Source: Candidatus Saccharimonadota bacterium
Lineage (GTDB): Bacteria > Patescibacteriota > Saccharimonadia > Saccharimonadales > 2-12-FULL-41-12
Assembly (NCBI GenBank): GCA_043741255.1
Contig: JAYUAP010000094.1
Coordinates: 1 to 48,705 of the forward strand
Direction: 5' to 3'
DNA length: 48,705 nt
In this document: piece by piece, positions 25,912-33,993 of the stretch
How the letters are laid out: every line of letters starts with the position of its first letter
How positions within the stretch are numbered: position 1 is the first letter of the stretch
Position numbers and translations under genes: made by a program
The notes under the pieces: model-generated
Seen by the model: the letters and a program-made list of their open reading frames with translations, nothing else
Database searches by the model: none
Told to the model about the DNA's origin: nothing

Positions 25912-26259
25912 CTAAGTTCTAGTGAATTTTTCATCCGCTTCTTTTACCAGCTCTTTAATCTCAGACCATTTTTTGCGTACTTCTTCTTCGCTTCCAGCAG
26001 CATGGTGGTCTGGCAATTCTAAAGTGCCAAACTCTCCACCAATTTGGTCAAGTAAATCATCTTGCTCAAGGTTTTTATATTTAAGCCATGCACCTGCTAT
26101 GTGATATGCAATGCCTTGTCGCTTATCCCAGTCAGTATCAATTAATTCCGTTGCCAGTAAGCATAAATTTACAAATTCTCTCTCGGAAATAGATTCTTTT
26201 GCAAAAAGAGCTTTTGAGCGTTCTTCAAACTCGGGCGGTACTGAAAAATCTTCTTTCAT
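25912..26259 (-). CDS. hypothetical acidic protein (115 aa), convergent with Fic
   Basis: ORF preceded on the minus strand by the terminator-like hairpin AGAGCC-GTCAAT-GGCTCT-TTTTT (26274-26297). No motif. Confidence 0.45.
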   Translation of the reverse strand: MKEDFSVPPEFEERSKALFAKESISEREFVNLCLLATELIDTDWDKRQGIAYHIAGAWLKYKNLEQDDLLDQIGGEFGTLELPDHHAAGSEEEVRKKWSEIKELVKEADEKFTRT

Positions 26260-26337
26260 AAAATAATCATATCAAAAAAGAGCCATTGACGGCTCTTAGG
26301 TTCAGACTTTCCCACTAGGGTCATCTGTAAGGTCAAA

Positions 26338-26501
26338 TTGGAGGGTCCAGTGGGACTCGGTCACCTTTGGCGACCCCCGAACTTCTGCCATGCAAACAAG
26401 TTTGCAGGTGAAGATTCGTTTCCGAACTGCCACAGGCAGTTCTCACCCACGACACCCTCTTGGTGTGTCGTGGCTTCAAGCCTTACTGAGAACTTGCCAT
26501 G
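26338..26501. repeat. tRNA-3'-end-derived imperfect palindromic module B
   Basis: Left arm TTGGAGGGTCCAGTGGGACTCGG. Hairpins at 26391-26406, 26424-26442 (GAACTGCC-ACA-GGCAGTTC) and 26446-26472. The right arm contains GGCTTCAAGCC...ACTGAGAAC. Confidence 0.6.
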
Positions 26502-26532
26502 AAAAAAGCCGACCGCAAGGGTCGGCACTTTT
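26502..26532. terminator. bidirectional rho-independent terminator
   Basis: AAAAAA-GCCGACC-GCAAG-GGTCGGC-ACTTTT. On the minus strand it follows the 26588-26944 gene. Confidence 0.7.
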
Positions 26533-26534
26533 CA

Positions 26535-26566
26535 TGGAGGGACGTATGTTTGGTTGTTGCAACTAA
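26535..26566 (+). repeat. conserved ~31-nt block, copy 2
   Basis: See 24399-24432. A more degenerate third copy, TTGGAGGAGC...TTGCAACTAG, lies at 25849-25881. Confidence 0.5.
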
Positions 26567-26587
26567 GTCATTAAGAACGCACGAAAA

Positions 26588-26944
26588 CTATCTAGTAATC
26601 TTCTTGCTTTGAGTAATCGCAATTAGAAATGTAAAGATTATGATGCCTATTGTAAATGCAGTCATTAGTTGTCTCGCGGTGTTATCGAAGTCAGTGACTT
26701 CTCTTACACAATGATCAGCACAATCAATATGTCCCAGAATAGATCCAAACCACAAGAGAGCCGTTGAAATCCATGATAAGACTACGAGAAAGTAAGCAAC
26801 TACACTTATTTTTAGTTTATTGAAGAAAATTACCAAAGAAACGGTAGTGAGTAGGGGTGCAAAAATAGGGCTTATATTACTAATTGTAACCAAGGATATA
26901 ATGATTGATAGTACTAACCATGCAAAAGAAAGACGCTTGTTCAT
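26588..26944 (-). CDS. integral membrane protein (hypothetical, 3-4 TM)
   Basis: 118-aa hydrophobic ORF containing a CADHC motif. No family recognised. Confidence 0.5.
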   Translation of the reverse strand: MNKRLSFAWLVLSIIISLVTISNISPIFAPLLTTVSLVIFFNKLKISVVAYFLVVLSWISTALLWFGSILGHIDCADHCVREVTDFDNTARQLMTAFTIGIIIFTFLIAITQSKKITR

Positions 26945-27009
26945 TGGTTATGACATACTTTTACACATAATTCTATTTAATAGTAACATGAAGGAGAAGC
27001 ATAAGTGTA

Positions 27010-27142
27010 TTGGAGGGCTCAGCGAGGCTCGTCATATCTACTCTCACTTCAGCTAAAGCTGCGTTCGAGGACAAGCAAGGAAAACTCAATTGCCATAGGC
27101 AATTTTCAACTGTCGTTCGATTCTCACTGAGCAACGACCAAT
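27010..27142. repeat. tRNA-3'-end-derived imperfect palindromic module C
   Basis: 27009-27031 is 21/23 identical to the tRNA-Lys 3' end at 27172-27194. Central hairpin AATTGCC-ATA-GGCAATT at 27088-27104. The right arm GTCGTTCGATTCTCACTGAGCAACGACCAAT is an inverted, T-loop-containing tRNA-end-like sequence. Confidence 0.65.
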
Positions 27143-27144
27143 TC

Positions 27145-27166
27145 AAAAAGTCCCACAAGGGGACTT
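27145..27166 (-). terminator. rho-independent terminator after tRNA-Lys
   Basis: On the minus strand: AAGTCCC-CTTGT-GGGACTT followed by TTTTGAATT, starting 8 nt after the encoded CCA. Confidence 0.65.
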
Positions 27167-27173
27167 CATGAAT

Positions 27174-27249
27174 TGGAGGGCCCACCGAGGCTCGAACTCG
27201 GGACACGCGGCTTAAAAGGCCGCTGCTCTACCAACTGAGCTATGGGCCC
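27174..27249 (-). tRNA. tRNA-Lys (anticodon UUU), CCA encoded
   Basis: Reverse complement GGGCCCATAGCTCAGTTGGTAGAGCAGCGGCCTTTTAAGCCGCGTGTCCCGAGTTCGAGCCTCGGTGGGCCCTCCA. It folds as a 7-bp acceptor stem, a D arm GCTC/GAGC, an anticodon stem GCGGC/GCCGC with loop CTTTTAA, and a T arm CCGAG-TTCGAGC-CTCGG. Total length 76 nt. Confidence 0.95.
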
Positions 27250-27361
27250 GCATTTAGCGGGAACCTATCGGTTATTTTCATTTTAACAGATTAAATTTGC
27301 TAAAATCAACTAATGATATTATACATGCTTTATGGCAAAAGTCAATCTGTTGACCCTTAGT

Positions 27362-28054
27362 TTAAACAGTGACGTGGACTAGGATTGGGGCATGGTCAGA
27401 AAGTTTGCTTTTAGGTAGGGCAAAAATTCGCTCAATCTGGGCATTCATGCTGGTGGCCACGTCTAAACGGCAACGGAAATATTTGTTCATGTAGTAGGTA
27501 GGACGGTCACTAAGAGTTAGTTCGTAACCACTTTTTTCTATACAGACACGCAGACCACGTTTGAAAAGCAAGTAGTTATAATCACCAACCATGATTGCTG
27601 GACTATCTGGACTATTTTGGGCCAATAATTTATGAGCGCCTCGGATTTGCTCGCGCCTTAAGTAGTTTGTAGCCACGTGGTGAGTAGCGTGGAAAGTGCC
27701 AAGGTTAAGTTCTTGGCCAGATTTACGGTCATGAATTTTTGTGATTAGCAGGCGTTCCATCTGGGGCATGTAGATTTTTTCTAGTAATGAATTTTTGAGC
27801 ACGTGACTAGATGAATCCGTGACAAAAAATCGCTTTTTACGATGATAAATCGCTAGATTAAACTTACCTGTCAGAGTTTTCTCTGACAAAACTAAATCGC
27901 CAATTTCATCTGGAAGTTTCTCAGAATGACATTCCTGGATGCACAAAATATCGGCTTCATAGGTGTTTACCAGTTCTTCTAGATCTTCGATAGCACGATG
28001 ATATTTGAGGTTGTAACTAATAATTTTTATGTTGTTAAGCTTTTTGTTTTTCAT
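27362..28054 (-). CDS. endonuclease/exonuclease/phosphatase (EEP) family protein
   Basis: EEP motifs ADILCIQE, GDYN and the C-terminal SDHAPI. Confidence 0.8.
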   Translation of the reverse strand: MKNKKLNNIKIISYNLKYHRAIEDLEELVNTYEADILCIQECHSEKLPDEIGDLVLSEKTLTGKFNLAIYHRKKRFFVTDSSSHVLKNSLLEKIYMPQMERLLITKIHDRKSGQELNLGTFHATHHVATNYLRREQIRGAHKLLAQNSPDSPAIMVGDYNYLLFKRGLRVCIEKSGYELTLSDRPTYYMNKYFRCRLDVATSMNAQIERIFALPKSKLSDHAPILVHVTV

Positions 28055-28164
28055 GTTTCAGACAACATTATGGCATAAGAAGCATTAAAACATCAAGTCC
28101 TAACCCCTACCTTAAAGAGTAAAAATCTTATATAATTTATAAAAGAAGGAAGAGAAGTAAAAAT

Positions 28165-28893
28165 ATGTCTGGACATTCCAAATGGGCAAAAATTCACCGC
28201 GGTAAGGCCATAGAAGACGCTAAACGTGGTGCGGTGTTTACAAAACTCGGTAACGCCATAGCGTTAGCAGCCCGTGCTGGCGCTGACCCAGATACCAATT
28301 TTACCTTGAGATTAGCTATAGAAAAGGCCAAAGCTTCTAATATGCCGTCTAACAATATCCAGCGGGCAGTTGATAGGGGTTCTGGGAAGCTCGGCGGAGA
28401 ACAAATCCAAGAAGTAATGTACGAAGGTTACGGCCCAGGCGGAACGGCTATTTTGGTAGAATGCGCGACAGATAACATAAACCGAACATATCCAGAAGTG
28501 CGCCTAGCATTTTCTAAACATGGGGGCAATATAGCCGAGAAAGGCTCGGTGGCCTTCCAGTTTGAGCGTAAAGGCATGATTACCATAAAAGGTGGTGGAG
28601 AAGACCTTTTACTCCAAGTGTTGGATGCCGGCGCCGAGGATGCCGAAGAAGACGACGGTGAAATGACAGTTTATACAGACCCAAAAGAGTTATCTAACGT
28701 GCGAGAAAATCTAAAATCCGCCGGCATAGAGGTGGCTGAGTCTGAGTCAACCTATGTTCCCAAAAATAGTGTGCTGATAGAGGATAATGTTACCGCAGGC
28801 AAAATTAGCCGACTGATGGACGCACTTGAAAGCCTGGACGATGTTTCTGCAACTCATGTGAATTTTGAGTTTGCTGAAGGCGTAGAGGCGTGA
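28165..28893 (+). CDS. yebC: YebC/PmpR family DNA-binding transcriptional regulator
   Basis: N-terminus MSGHSKWAKIHRGK, the hallmark of this family. Full-length collinearity. Confidence 0.93.
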   Translation: MSGHSKWAKIHRGKAIEDAKRGAVFTKLGNAIALAARAGADPDTNFTLRLAIEKAKASNMPSNNIQRAVDRGSGKLGGEQIQEVMYEGYGPGGTAILVECATDNINRTYPEVRLAFSKHGGNIAEKGSVAFQFERKGMITIKGGGEDLLLQVLDAGAEDAEEDDGEMTVYTDPKELSNVRENLKSAGIEVAESESTYVPKNSVLIEDNVTAGKISRLMDALESLDDVSATHVNFEFAEGVEA

Positions 28894-29528
28894 GACTTTA
28901 TTTATCGTCAGAAAATGTCGGGAACTACTCAGATCAACTCCTAGAAATGGTCGGCGACAATAAAACTGTTGCATATATAGGAAATGCTAAAGATGATTGG
29001 GATAATAGCGAAAAATCAGCCAAAGTAGCTGAGCATAAAGCCTTATTTGAAGCATTGGGCTTTAATTTTACGGAATTTGACCTAAAAAATTACTTTGGTG
29101 CTCAAAAAATAACCAAAGAGGATTTAGTTGGATTTGGACTTGTTTGGTGCTCGGGCGGTAATACGTTTTTACTAAGAAGAGCTTTGGCTGATAGCGGGCT
29201 AGACCAAGTTTTAGTTAAAATGCTAAAAAATAATGAGATTGTTTACGGAGGTTCTAGCGCTGGTTCAATTATCCCAACGCCGTCGTTAAAAGGCGCAGAA
29301 TTTAGTGATGACCCTGGCCAGGTCGAAAAAATTTACAAAAAAGAGATTATTTGGGAAGGCTTAAATTTAGTGCCTTTTCATATAGTCCCACACTATAAAA
29401 CTGATTGGTTTAGAGATGACACAGAGAAGATGATTAGCTACCTGAAAGATAATTCCCATAACTTTACAGCACTAAAAGACGGACAAGTTGTTTTGGTATA
29501 CAGTGAAAGGCACGAAACACTGCTGTGA
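28890..29528 (+). CDS. peptidase S51 (dipeptidase E-like) family protein
   Basis: GTG start overlapping the yebC stop. Motifs SGGNTF and GGSSAGS (nucleophile-serine context). Confidence 0.7.
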   Translation: MRLYLSSENVGNYSDQLLEMVGDNKTVAYIGNAKDDWDNSEKSAKVAEHKALFEALGFNFTEFDLKNYFGAQKITKEDLVGFGLVWCSGGNTFLLRRALADSGLDQVLVKMLKNNEIVYGGSSAGSIIPTPSLKGAEFSDDPGQVEKIYKKEIIWEGLNLVPFHIVPHYKTDWFRDDTEKMISYLKDNSHNFTALKDGQVVLVYSERHETLL

Positions 29529-30001
29529 GAATTTTAGGCATAGACCCAGGTACTGGAATTTTGGGATTTGGTGTTATAGAGTCGGGGGTTCGTAACAAAA
29601 CCAGCCTGGTTGACGCTGGGGTTATTAGGACGCCAGCAAAACAAGCAGACCAGATTAGACTTTTGACAATTTATGATGAGTTAAATGAACTAATCAAAGA
29701 GTTAAAGCCACAAGTTATGTCGGTAGAAAAGCTATTTTTTGCCCAGAACGTCACTACTGCAATGACCGTATCGCAGGCTAGGGGAGTGGTAATTTTGTGT
29801 GGCATGAAAGCCGGCCTAGATATATTTGAATATACTCCACTTCAGATAAAACAAGCATTGACCGGCTACGGGAGAGCTGACAAAAAACAGATACAGGAAA
29901 TGGTGAGAGTAATATTGGGTCTGAAGGAAGTACCTAAGCCGGATGATTGCGCAGATGCACTGGCGGCTGCTATTTGTCACAGTATGACAAATATGGTATA
30001 A
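29525..30001 (+). CDS. ruvC: crossover junction endodeoxyribonuclease RuvC
   Basis: GTG start overlapping the upstream stop. Motifs ILGIDPG, EK.F and the C-terminal DA.DALA.A. Confidence 0.92.
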   Translation: MRILGIDPGTGILGFGVIESGVRNKTSLVDAGVIRTPAKQADQIRLLTIYDELNELIKELKPQVMSVEKLFFAQNVTTAMTVSQARGVVILCGMKAGLDIFEYTPLQIKQALTGYGRADKKQIQEMVRVILGLKEVPKPDDCADALAAAICHSMTNMV

Positions 30002-30009
30002 TCTGACTA

Positions 30010-30753
30010 ATGAGTAAAGAAATAGACCCCCGAAGTGGGTCAATCGTACCATACTTAACTATTCCAAAGTTTATTGTTAACTATTTGGATGAAGTAAAGG
30101 TTGAAGGCGAATTTAAGGAAAATCCCAAAATTCTCCAGAATGATTATTTGCGTCTTTGCAATATTAATCCTGATAATCCTGAGCAAGAAGAGCATTATGC
30201 CAATGGCGATAGCGTAACGGGCTCTATATTGGAAACAATTCGGACCAAAAATGTTAACGAATCGACGGACATAGCTCGTGATAGTTATTTTAAAAGCGAA
30301 ACTTATAAAAGTGGTGGTTCAAGGAAGCTGATTAATGGCGTTGGGCGTATAGCCAATATGGCTTTTATGAAAAATGCTTTGTTTATTAGTTCAGCGGTAG
30401 AGCTTAACAGGCATGTAACCGAGTCCCCAGAACCGAAAAAGCTCAAAGAATCAGATAAAAGTTCGATTCTAATACACGCCAAGGCAAAGAGTGAATGCTA
30501 TTTAAGATACAAAAACTCAAATGAATTTTTGTTCCAGGCTTTAAAGTTTCATGGCAGGGCTGAAGCTGGCGCATTGGCTGGAGTTTTGCATGGTCCAGAA
30601 TATCCAAAGACCAGTCGTCAGTTGTTGCAAGACCAAATAGAATTCCGAAGCGTTCTTGACAAAAATTTCGCACTTTCTGCATATGTTTTATTCCGTTCTG
30701 CAGAATTAAAATATAATCCAAGTTTTTTGCCAGATTTTCCACCTTCAGAGTAA
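30010..30753 (+). CDS. hypothetical protein (247 aa) inserted between ruvC and ruvA
   Basis: Long clean ORF starting 9 nt after ruvC. No motif recognised. Confidence 0.5.
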   Translation: MSKEIDPRSGSIVPYLTIPKFIVNYLDEVKVEGEFKENPKILQNDYLRLCNINPDNPEQEEHYANGDSVTGSILETIRTKNVNESTDIARDSYFKSETYKSGGSRKLINGVGRIANMAFMKNALFISSAVELNRHVTESPEPKKLKESDKSSILIHAKAKSECYLRYKNSNEFLFQALKFHGRAEAGALAGVLHGPEYPKTSRQLLQDQIEFRSVLDKNFALSAYVLFRSAELKYNPSFLPDFPPSE

Positions 30754-30781
30754 CTAGTACTTTCTGATGTATAATTAGTTG

Positions 30782-31363
30782 GTGATAAATTATCTTGATG
30801 GGGAAATTGCGTCAAAAGATATTGACTATGTAATTGTTGATATTGCTGGCGTTGGTTACGGGGTGCGAGTTTCTGTTAGTGACTACGACAACCTAAAAAT
30901 CGGCGAGCGTAATAAACTATATATTTATGAGCATATTCGTGAGGATGCTCATGATTTATTTGGGTTTATAAATATTGGTACACTAAATTTATTTAACCAA
31001 CTTCTCAGCGTAAAAAATGTTGGACCTAAAGTTGCACTAGCAATTTTAAGCATCGGGTCAGAAAGCACAATCCGTGAGGCAATAGCTGGTGGCGATGTAA
31101 AACGACTGCAAACAGCAAAGGGCGTGGGTAAGCGCGCAGCCGAACAAATAATTGTGGAACTACGTGACAAGCTAGGACTAGTAAGTTCTATGGAGGCTGA
31201 AGGTGTAGTAACTCGAGGTAGTTTGGACGTCAACGATGAAGCTGTACAAGCATTGGTGGCCCTAGGCTATAGCGAATATGACGCCCAATCGGCACTTAAA
31301 AAATCAGACCCAGAACTATCTACGCAGGAGCGAATCAAGCAAGCTTTGAAGGGTAATTTTTAG
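30782..31363 (+). CDS. ruvA: Holliday junction DNA helicase subunit RuvA
   Basis: (M)INYLDGEI, followed by the HhH motifs (L..V.GVGPK.A..IL, V.GVGKR.AE.I..EL). The start is TTG 30779 or GTG 30782. TATAAT at 30770-30775 lies immediately upstream. Confidence 0.9.
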   Translation: MINYLDGEIASKDIDYVIVDIAGVGYGVRVSVSDYDNLKIGERNKLYIYEHIREDAHDLFGFINIGTLNLFNQLLSVKNVGPKVALAILSIGSESTIREAIAGGDVKRLQTAKGVGKRAAEQIIVELRDKLGLVSSMEAEGVVTRGSLDVNDEAVQALVALGYSEYDAQSALKKSDPELSTQERIKQALKGNF

Positions 31364-31365
31364 AG

Positions 31366-32400
31366 ATGGCGGTCGAAAGAATCGTTCAACCAGATTTACC
31401 TCCCGAAGATTCGGTTGAGCAAGAGTTGGAAGTAAGCCTTAGGCCTAAAGATTTTACAAATTATATTGGTCAGCAAAGGCTGAAAAATGCACTACTGCTA
31501 GCAATTGCTGCTGCCAAAAAGCGCGGTGAGCCGATAGACCACGTTTTGCTTTATGGCCCCCCGGGACTTGGTAAAACCACTATGGCTAGTGTGATTGCTC
31601 ACGAGATGAACTCTAATATCCGGATAACTTCCGGACCGGCAATAGAAAGGGCGGGGGATTTAGCCAGTATTTTAACTAATCTTCAAGACGGCGATATTTT
31701 GTTTATTGATGAAATTCACAGACTTCATCGTAGTGTTGAAGAAGTGCTTTATAGCGCTATGGAAGATTTTAAGCTGGATATTATGCTGGGTAAGGGGCCG
31801 AGTGCCCGGAGTCTGCGCCTGGATTTACCTAAGTTTACAATTATCGGAGCTACTACCAGGACAGGTGCATTGGCTGCCCCGTTGCGCGACAGGTTTGGCA
31901 TACAGCACAGGCTAGAATTTTATACAGACGATGAAATCGCCCAGATTATCAGGCGGACAGCATCAATTTTGAATGTTGGCATTAACGAAAAAGCATCTAG
32001 AGAACTAGCGAAACGTTCACGTTTGACACCCAGAATTGCCAACAGATTATTGAAAAGAGTCCGTGATTACGCCGACGTTAATAGTGACGGAATAATTGAT
32101 GAAAACATTACTCATAAAACCATGAAGTTACTTGAGATTGATGAAGTGGGGTTAGACCCAGCAGACCGCCGAATACTAGAAACTATCATAGAGCATCATA
32201 ACGGTGGACCAGTCGGGGTTGATACACTAGCGGCTATAACTGGTGATGAGCGCACAACTATTGAAGATTTTTTTGAGCCATATTTAATGCAAATAGGCAT
32301 GCTGGAACGCACACCACGAGGCAGGAAAGTAACACATAAAGCTTACGAACACTTGGACAAAAAACCAAAAGACAAAGCAGACCAGACTAAATTGGTATAA
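31366..32400 (+). CDS. ruvB: Holliday junction DNA helicase RuvB
   Basis: Walker [10 protein letters not shown], Walker B LFIDEIHR, and the TTR sensor region. Confidence 0.97.
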   Translation: MAVERIVQPDLPPEDSVEQELEVSLRPKDFTNYIGQQRLKNALLLAIAAAKKRGEPIDHVLLYGPPGLGKTTMASVIAHEMNSNIRITSGPAIERAGDLASILTNLQDGDILFIDEIHRLHRSVEEVLYSAMEDFKLDIMLGKGPSARSLRLDLPKFTIIGATTRTGALAAPLRDRFGIQHRLEFYTDDEIAQIIRRTASILNVGINEKASRELAKRSRLTPRIANRLLKRVRDYADVNSDGIIDENITHKTMKLLEIDEVGLDPADRRILETIIEHHNGGPVGVDTLAAITGDERTTIEDFFEPYLMQIGMLERTPRGRKVTHKAYEHLDKKPKDKADQTKLV

Positions 32401-32407
32401 TAAACAA

Positions 32408-33049
32408 ATGAATCCAGAGACACCAAAGACTGAGAAAAAAGGCCCAAGAGAAAGTGATGTCTTGCCCAAGGCCGAAAGTCGTCGGCCACCGGTTTTTGAC
32501 CCAACTGGCCGGGTTGAGCATATCATGCACAACGAAACTAAGGTTGCGGACGTCCGCCGGCATCCGATAGGGCTTTTTCTTATTTATTTGCAGACGATTG
32601 TTGGTTTAGGAACAGCATTTTTTCTTATTTTTATACTACTTCCCACATTTTTAGAAACAGTAGATGTTAGTAAAGGCTTAGGTGATTCGATATTAAACCT
32701 GCTGATATTAATTAGTCTGGTCTTTGGCGTAGTTTTTTTGATTTTATCAGCTAGGATTTACCGAGCCAACCAACTTATAGTGACAGATGAAAACGTCACA
32801 CAAATTCTACAAATTGGACTATTCAGACGGAAAATATCGGAACTTTCTATGCACAATGTAGAAGATGTTACGGCCGAACAACATGGTATTTTACAAACTT
32901 TACTTAACTATGGCACGCTCAGAATAGAAACAGCCGGCGAGCAAAATAACTTTATTTTTGTTTACTGCCCCAACCCCAACGCCTATGCCAAAGCAATACT
33001 AGATTCACGCCAAATGTACTTTAAAGAGCACAGCGTTACAAACCAATAA
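32408..33049 (+). CDS. membrane protein with bacterial PH (bPH_2/YdbS-YdbT-like) domain
   Basis: Two TM helices followed by the pattern typical of bPH_2 (Y.VT...V......G.F.R....L....V.DV....G.LQ.L..YGTL.IETAG). Confidence 0.6.
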   Translation: MNPETPKTEKKGPRESDVLPKAESRRPPVFDPTGRVEHIMHNETKVADVRRHPIGLFLIYLQTIVGLGTAFFLIFILLPTFLETVDVSKGLGDSILNLLILISLVFGVVFLILSARIYRANQLIVTDENVTQILQIGLFRRKISELSMHNVEDVTAEQHGILQTLLNYGTLRIETAGEQNNFIFVYCPNPNAYAKAILDSRQMYFKEHSVTNQ

Positions 33050-33055
33050 GTTTGA

Positions 33056-33364
33056 TTATTCCTTGAAGGGGTCTTTCCTGGCTGACTCAAATAGTGACTG
33101 TACGACGACGTTCTGGTCTTCTAGATTTTCAATTTTATCAATAGATTGCTGGTCTATTTTTAGTCTTTTTATAGCACTGATTTGAGTGTTGACTTCTTCT
33201 GATGGTTCGTTTTGTGAGGCTGAGCTAACGTTCAGTATTAAGAATCCATATAAGCCAAAAATAAGAATAAAAGTAATAAGCAACAAACATTTTGATATTT
33301 TTTTTCCGTACTTTTTGAGCCTGAGTAATATTTGTTTGATATCTAGGTTTGATTCTTTTTTCAT
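33056..33364 (-). CDS. small single-pass protein, last gene of the pilMNO unit (hypothetical)
   Basis: ATGA overlap with the upstream pilO-like gene. One TM segment. No motif. Confidence 0.4.
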   Translation of the reverse strand: MKKESNLDIKQILLRLKKYGKKISKCLLLITFILIFGLYGFLILNVSSASQNEPSEEVNTQISAIKRLKIDQQSIDKIENLEDQNVVVQSLFESARKDPFKE

Positions 33365-33993
33365 GGCTTTACATACGCATTCAAAGTTAATGTAAACGTT
33401 ATTGCACCACCACCACTTAGCGGTTTAATTGATATTTTATCAACATGTGCCGTACGACGGTTATTCTCAAGTTTTTCTAGGAATTTAATAAAGTCGGAAT
33501 AAGTTGTTGGCTGAGTTTCTTGGCTAATTATCATTAATTCTAAGGCGTAAACTCCAGATATGCCGTCAATTGTCTTTACTTGACTGATTGGAGGAGTAGC
33601 TGGAGTGTTGGCAGAATCTGAACCTTCTGTTGATGTTGTGGCTTTAGGCACCACTTGGCCTAAATTGGAAGTTTGGAACCTGATATCTTTGATAGCTATG
33701 CCACTTTCAGTTGCTAATTTTGAAATTTCACGAACCGTTTTAGCTTGGTCTTTGTCTTGCGGAACGATAGATTTCGCAATTGAATTTAGCTCGGTATATT
33801 TTTCTATATCTTTTTTGGCTTGCACAAGAGAAATCTGTTGTTGATCTATTAACCTAGCTTCAGTTTTAACTTCTTGAAGTTTTTTAGCTTGAGCGTCTAT
33901 CAAGCCATTACCCCAGAAAACCACACCAACTACTAATATGGCGGTAAGTATATTGAGGCCAATCATTACGAAATAAAATCGTTTGGTCGTCAT
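33361..33993 (-). CDS. pilO: PilO-like type IV pilus assembly protein
   Basis: I prefer the MTTKRF start at 33993, which shares an ATGA overlap with the pilN stop. The architecture is TM, coiled coil, then a C-terminal domain, in the position after pilN. Confidence 0.55.
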   Translation of the reverse strand: MTTKRFYFVMIGLNILTAILVVGVVFWGNGLIDAQAKKLQEVKTEARLIDQQQISLVQAKKDIEKYTELNSIAKSIVPQDKDQAKTVREISKLATESGIAIKDIRFQTSNLGQVVPKATTSTEGSDSANTPATPPISQVKTIDGISGVYALELMIISQETQPTTYSDFIKFLEKLENNRRTAHVDKISIKPLSGGGAITFTLTLNAYVKP

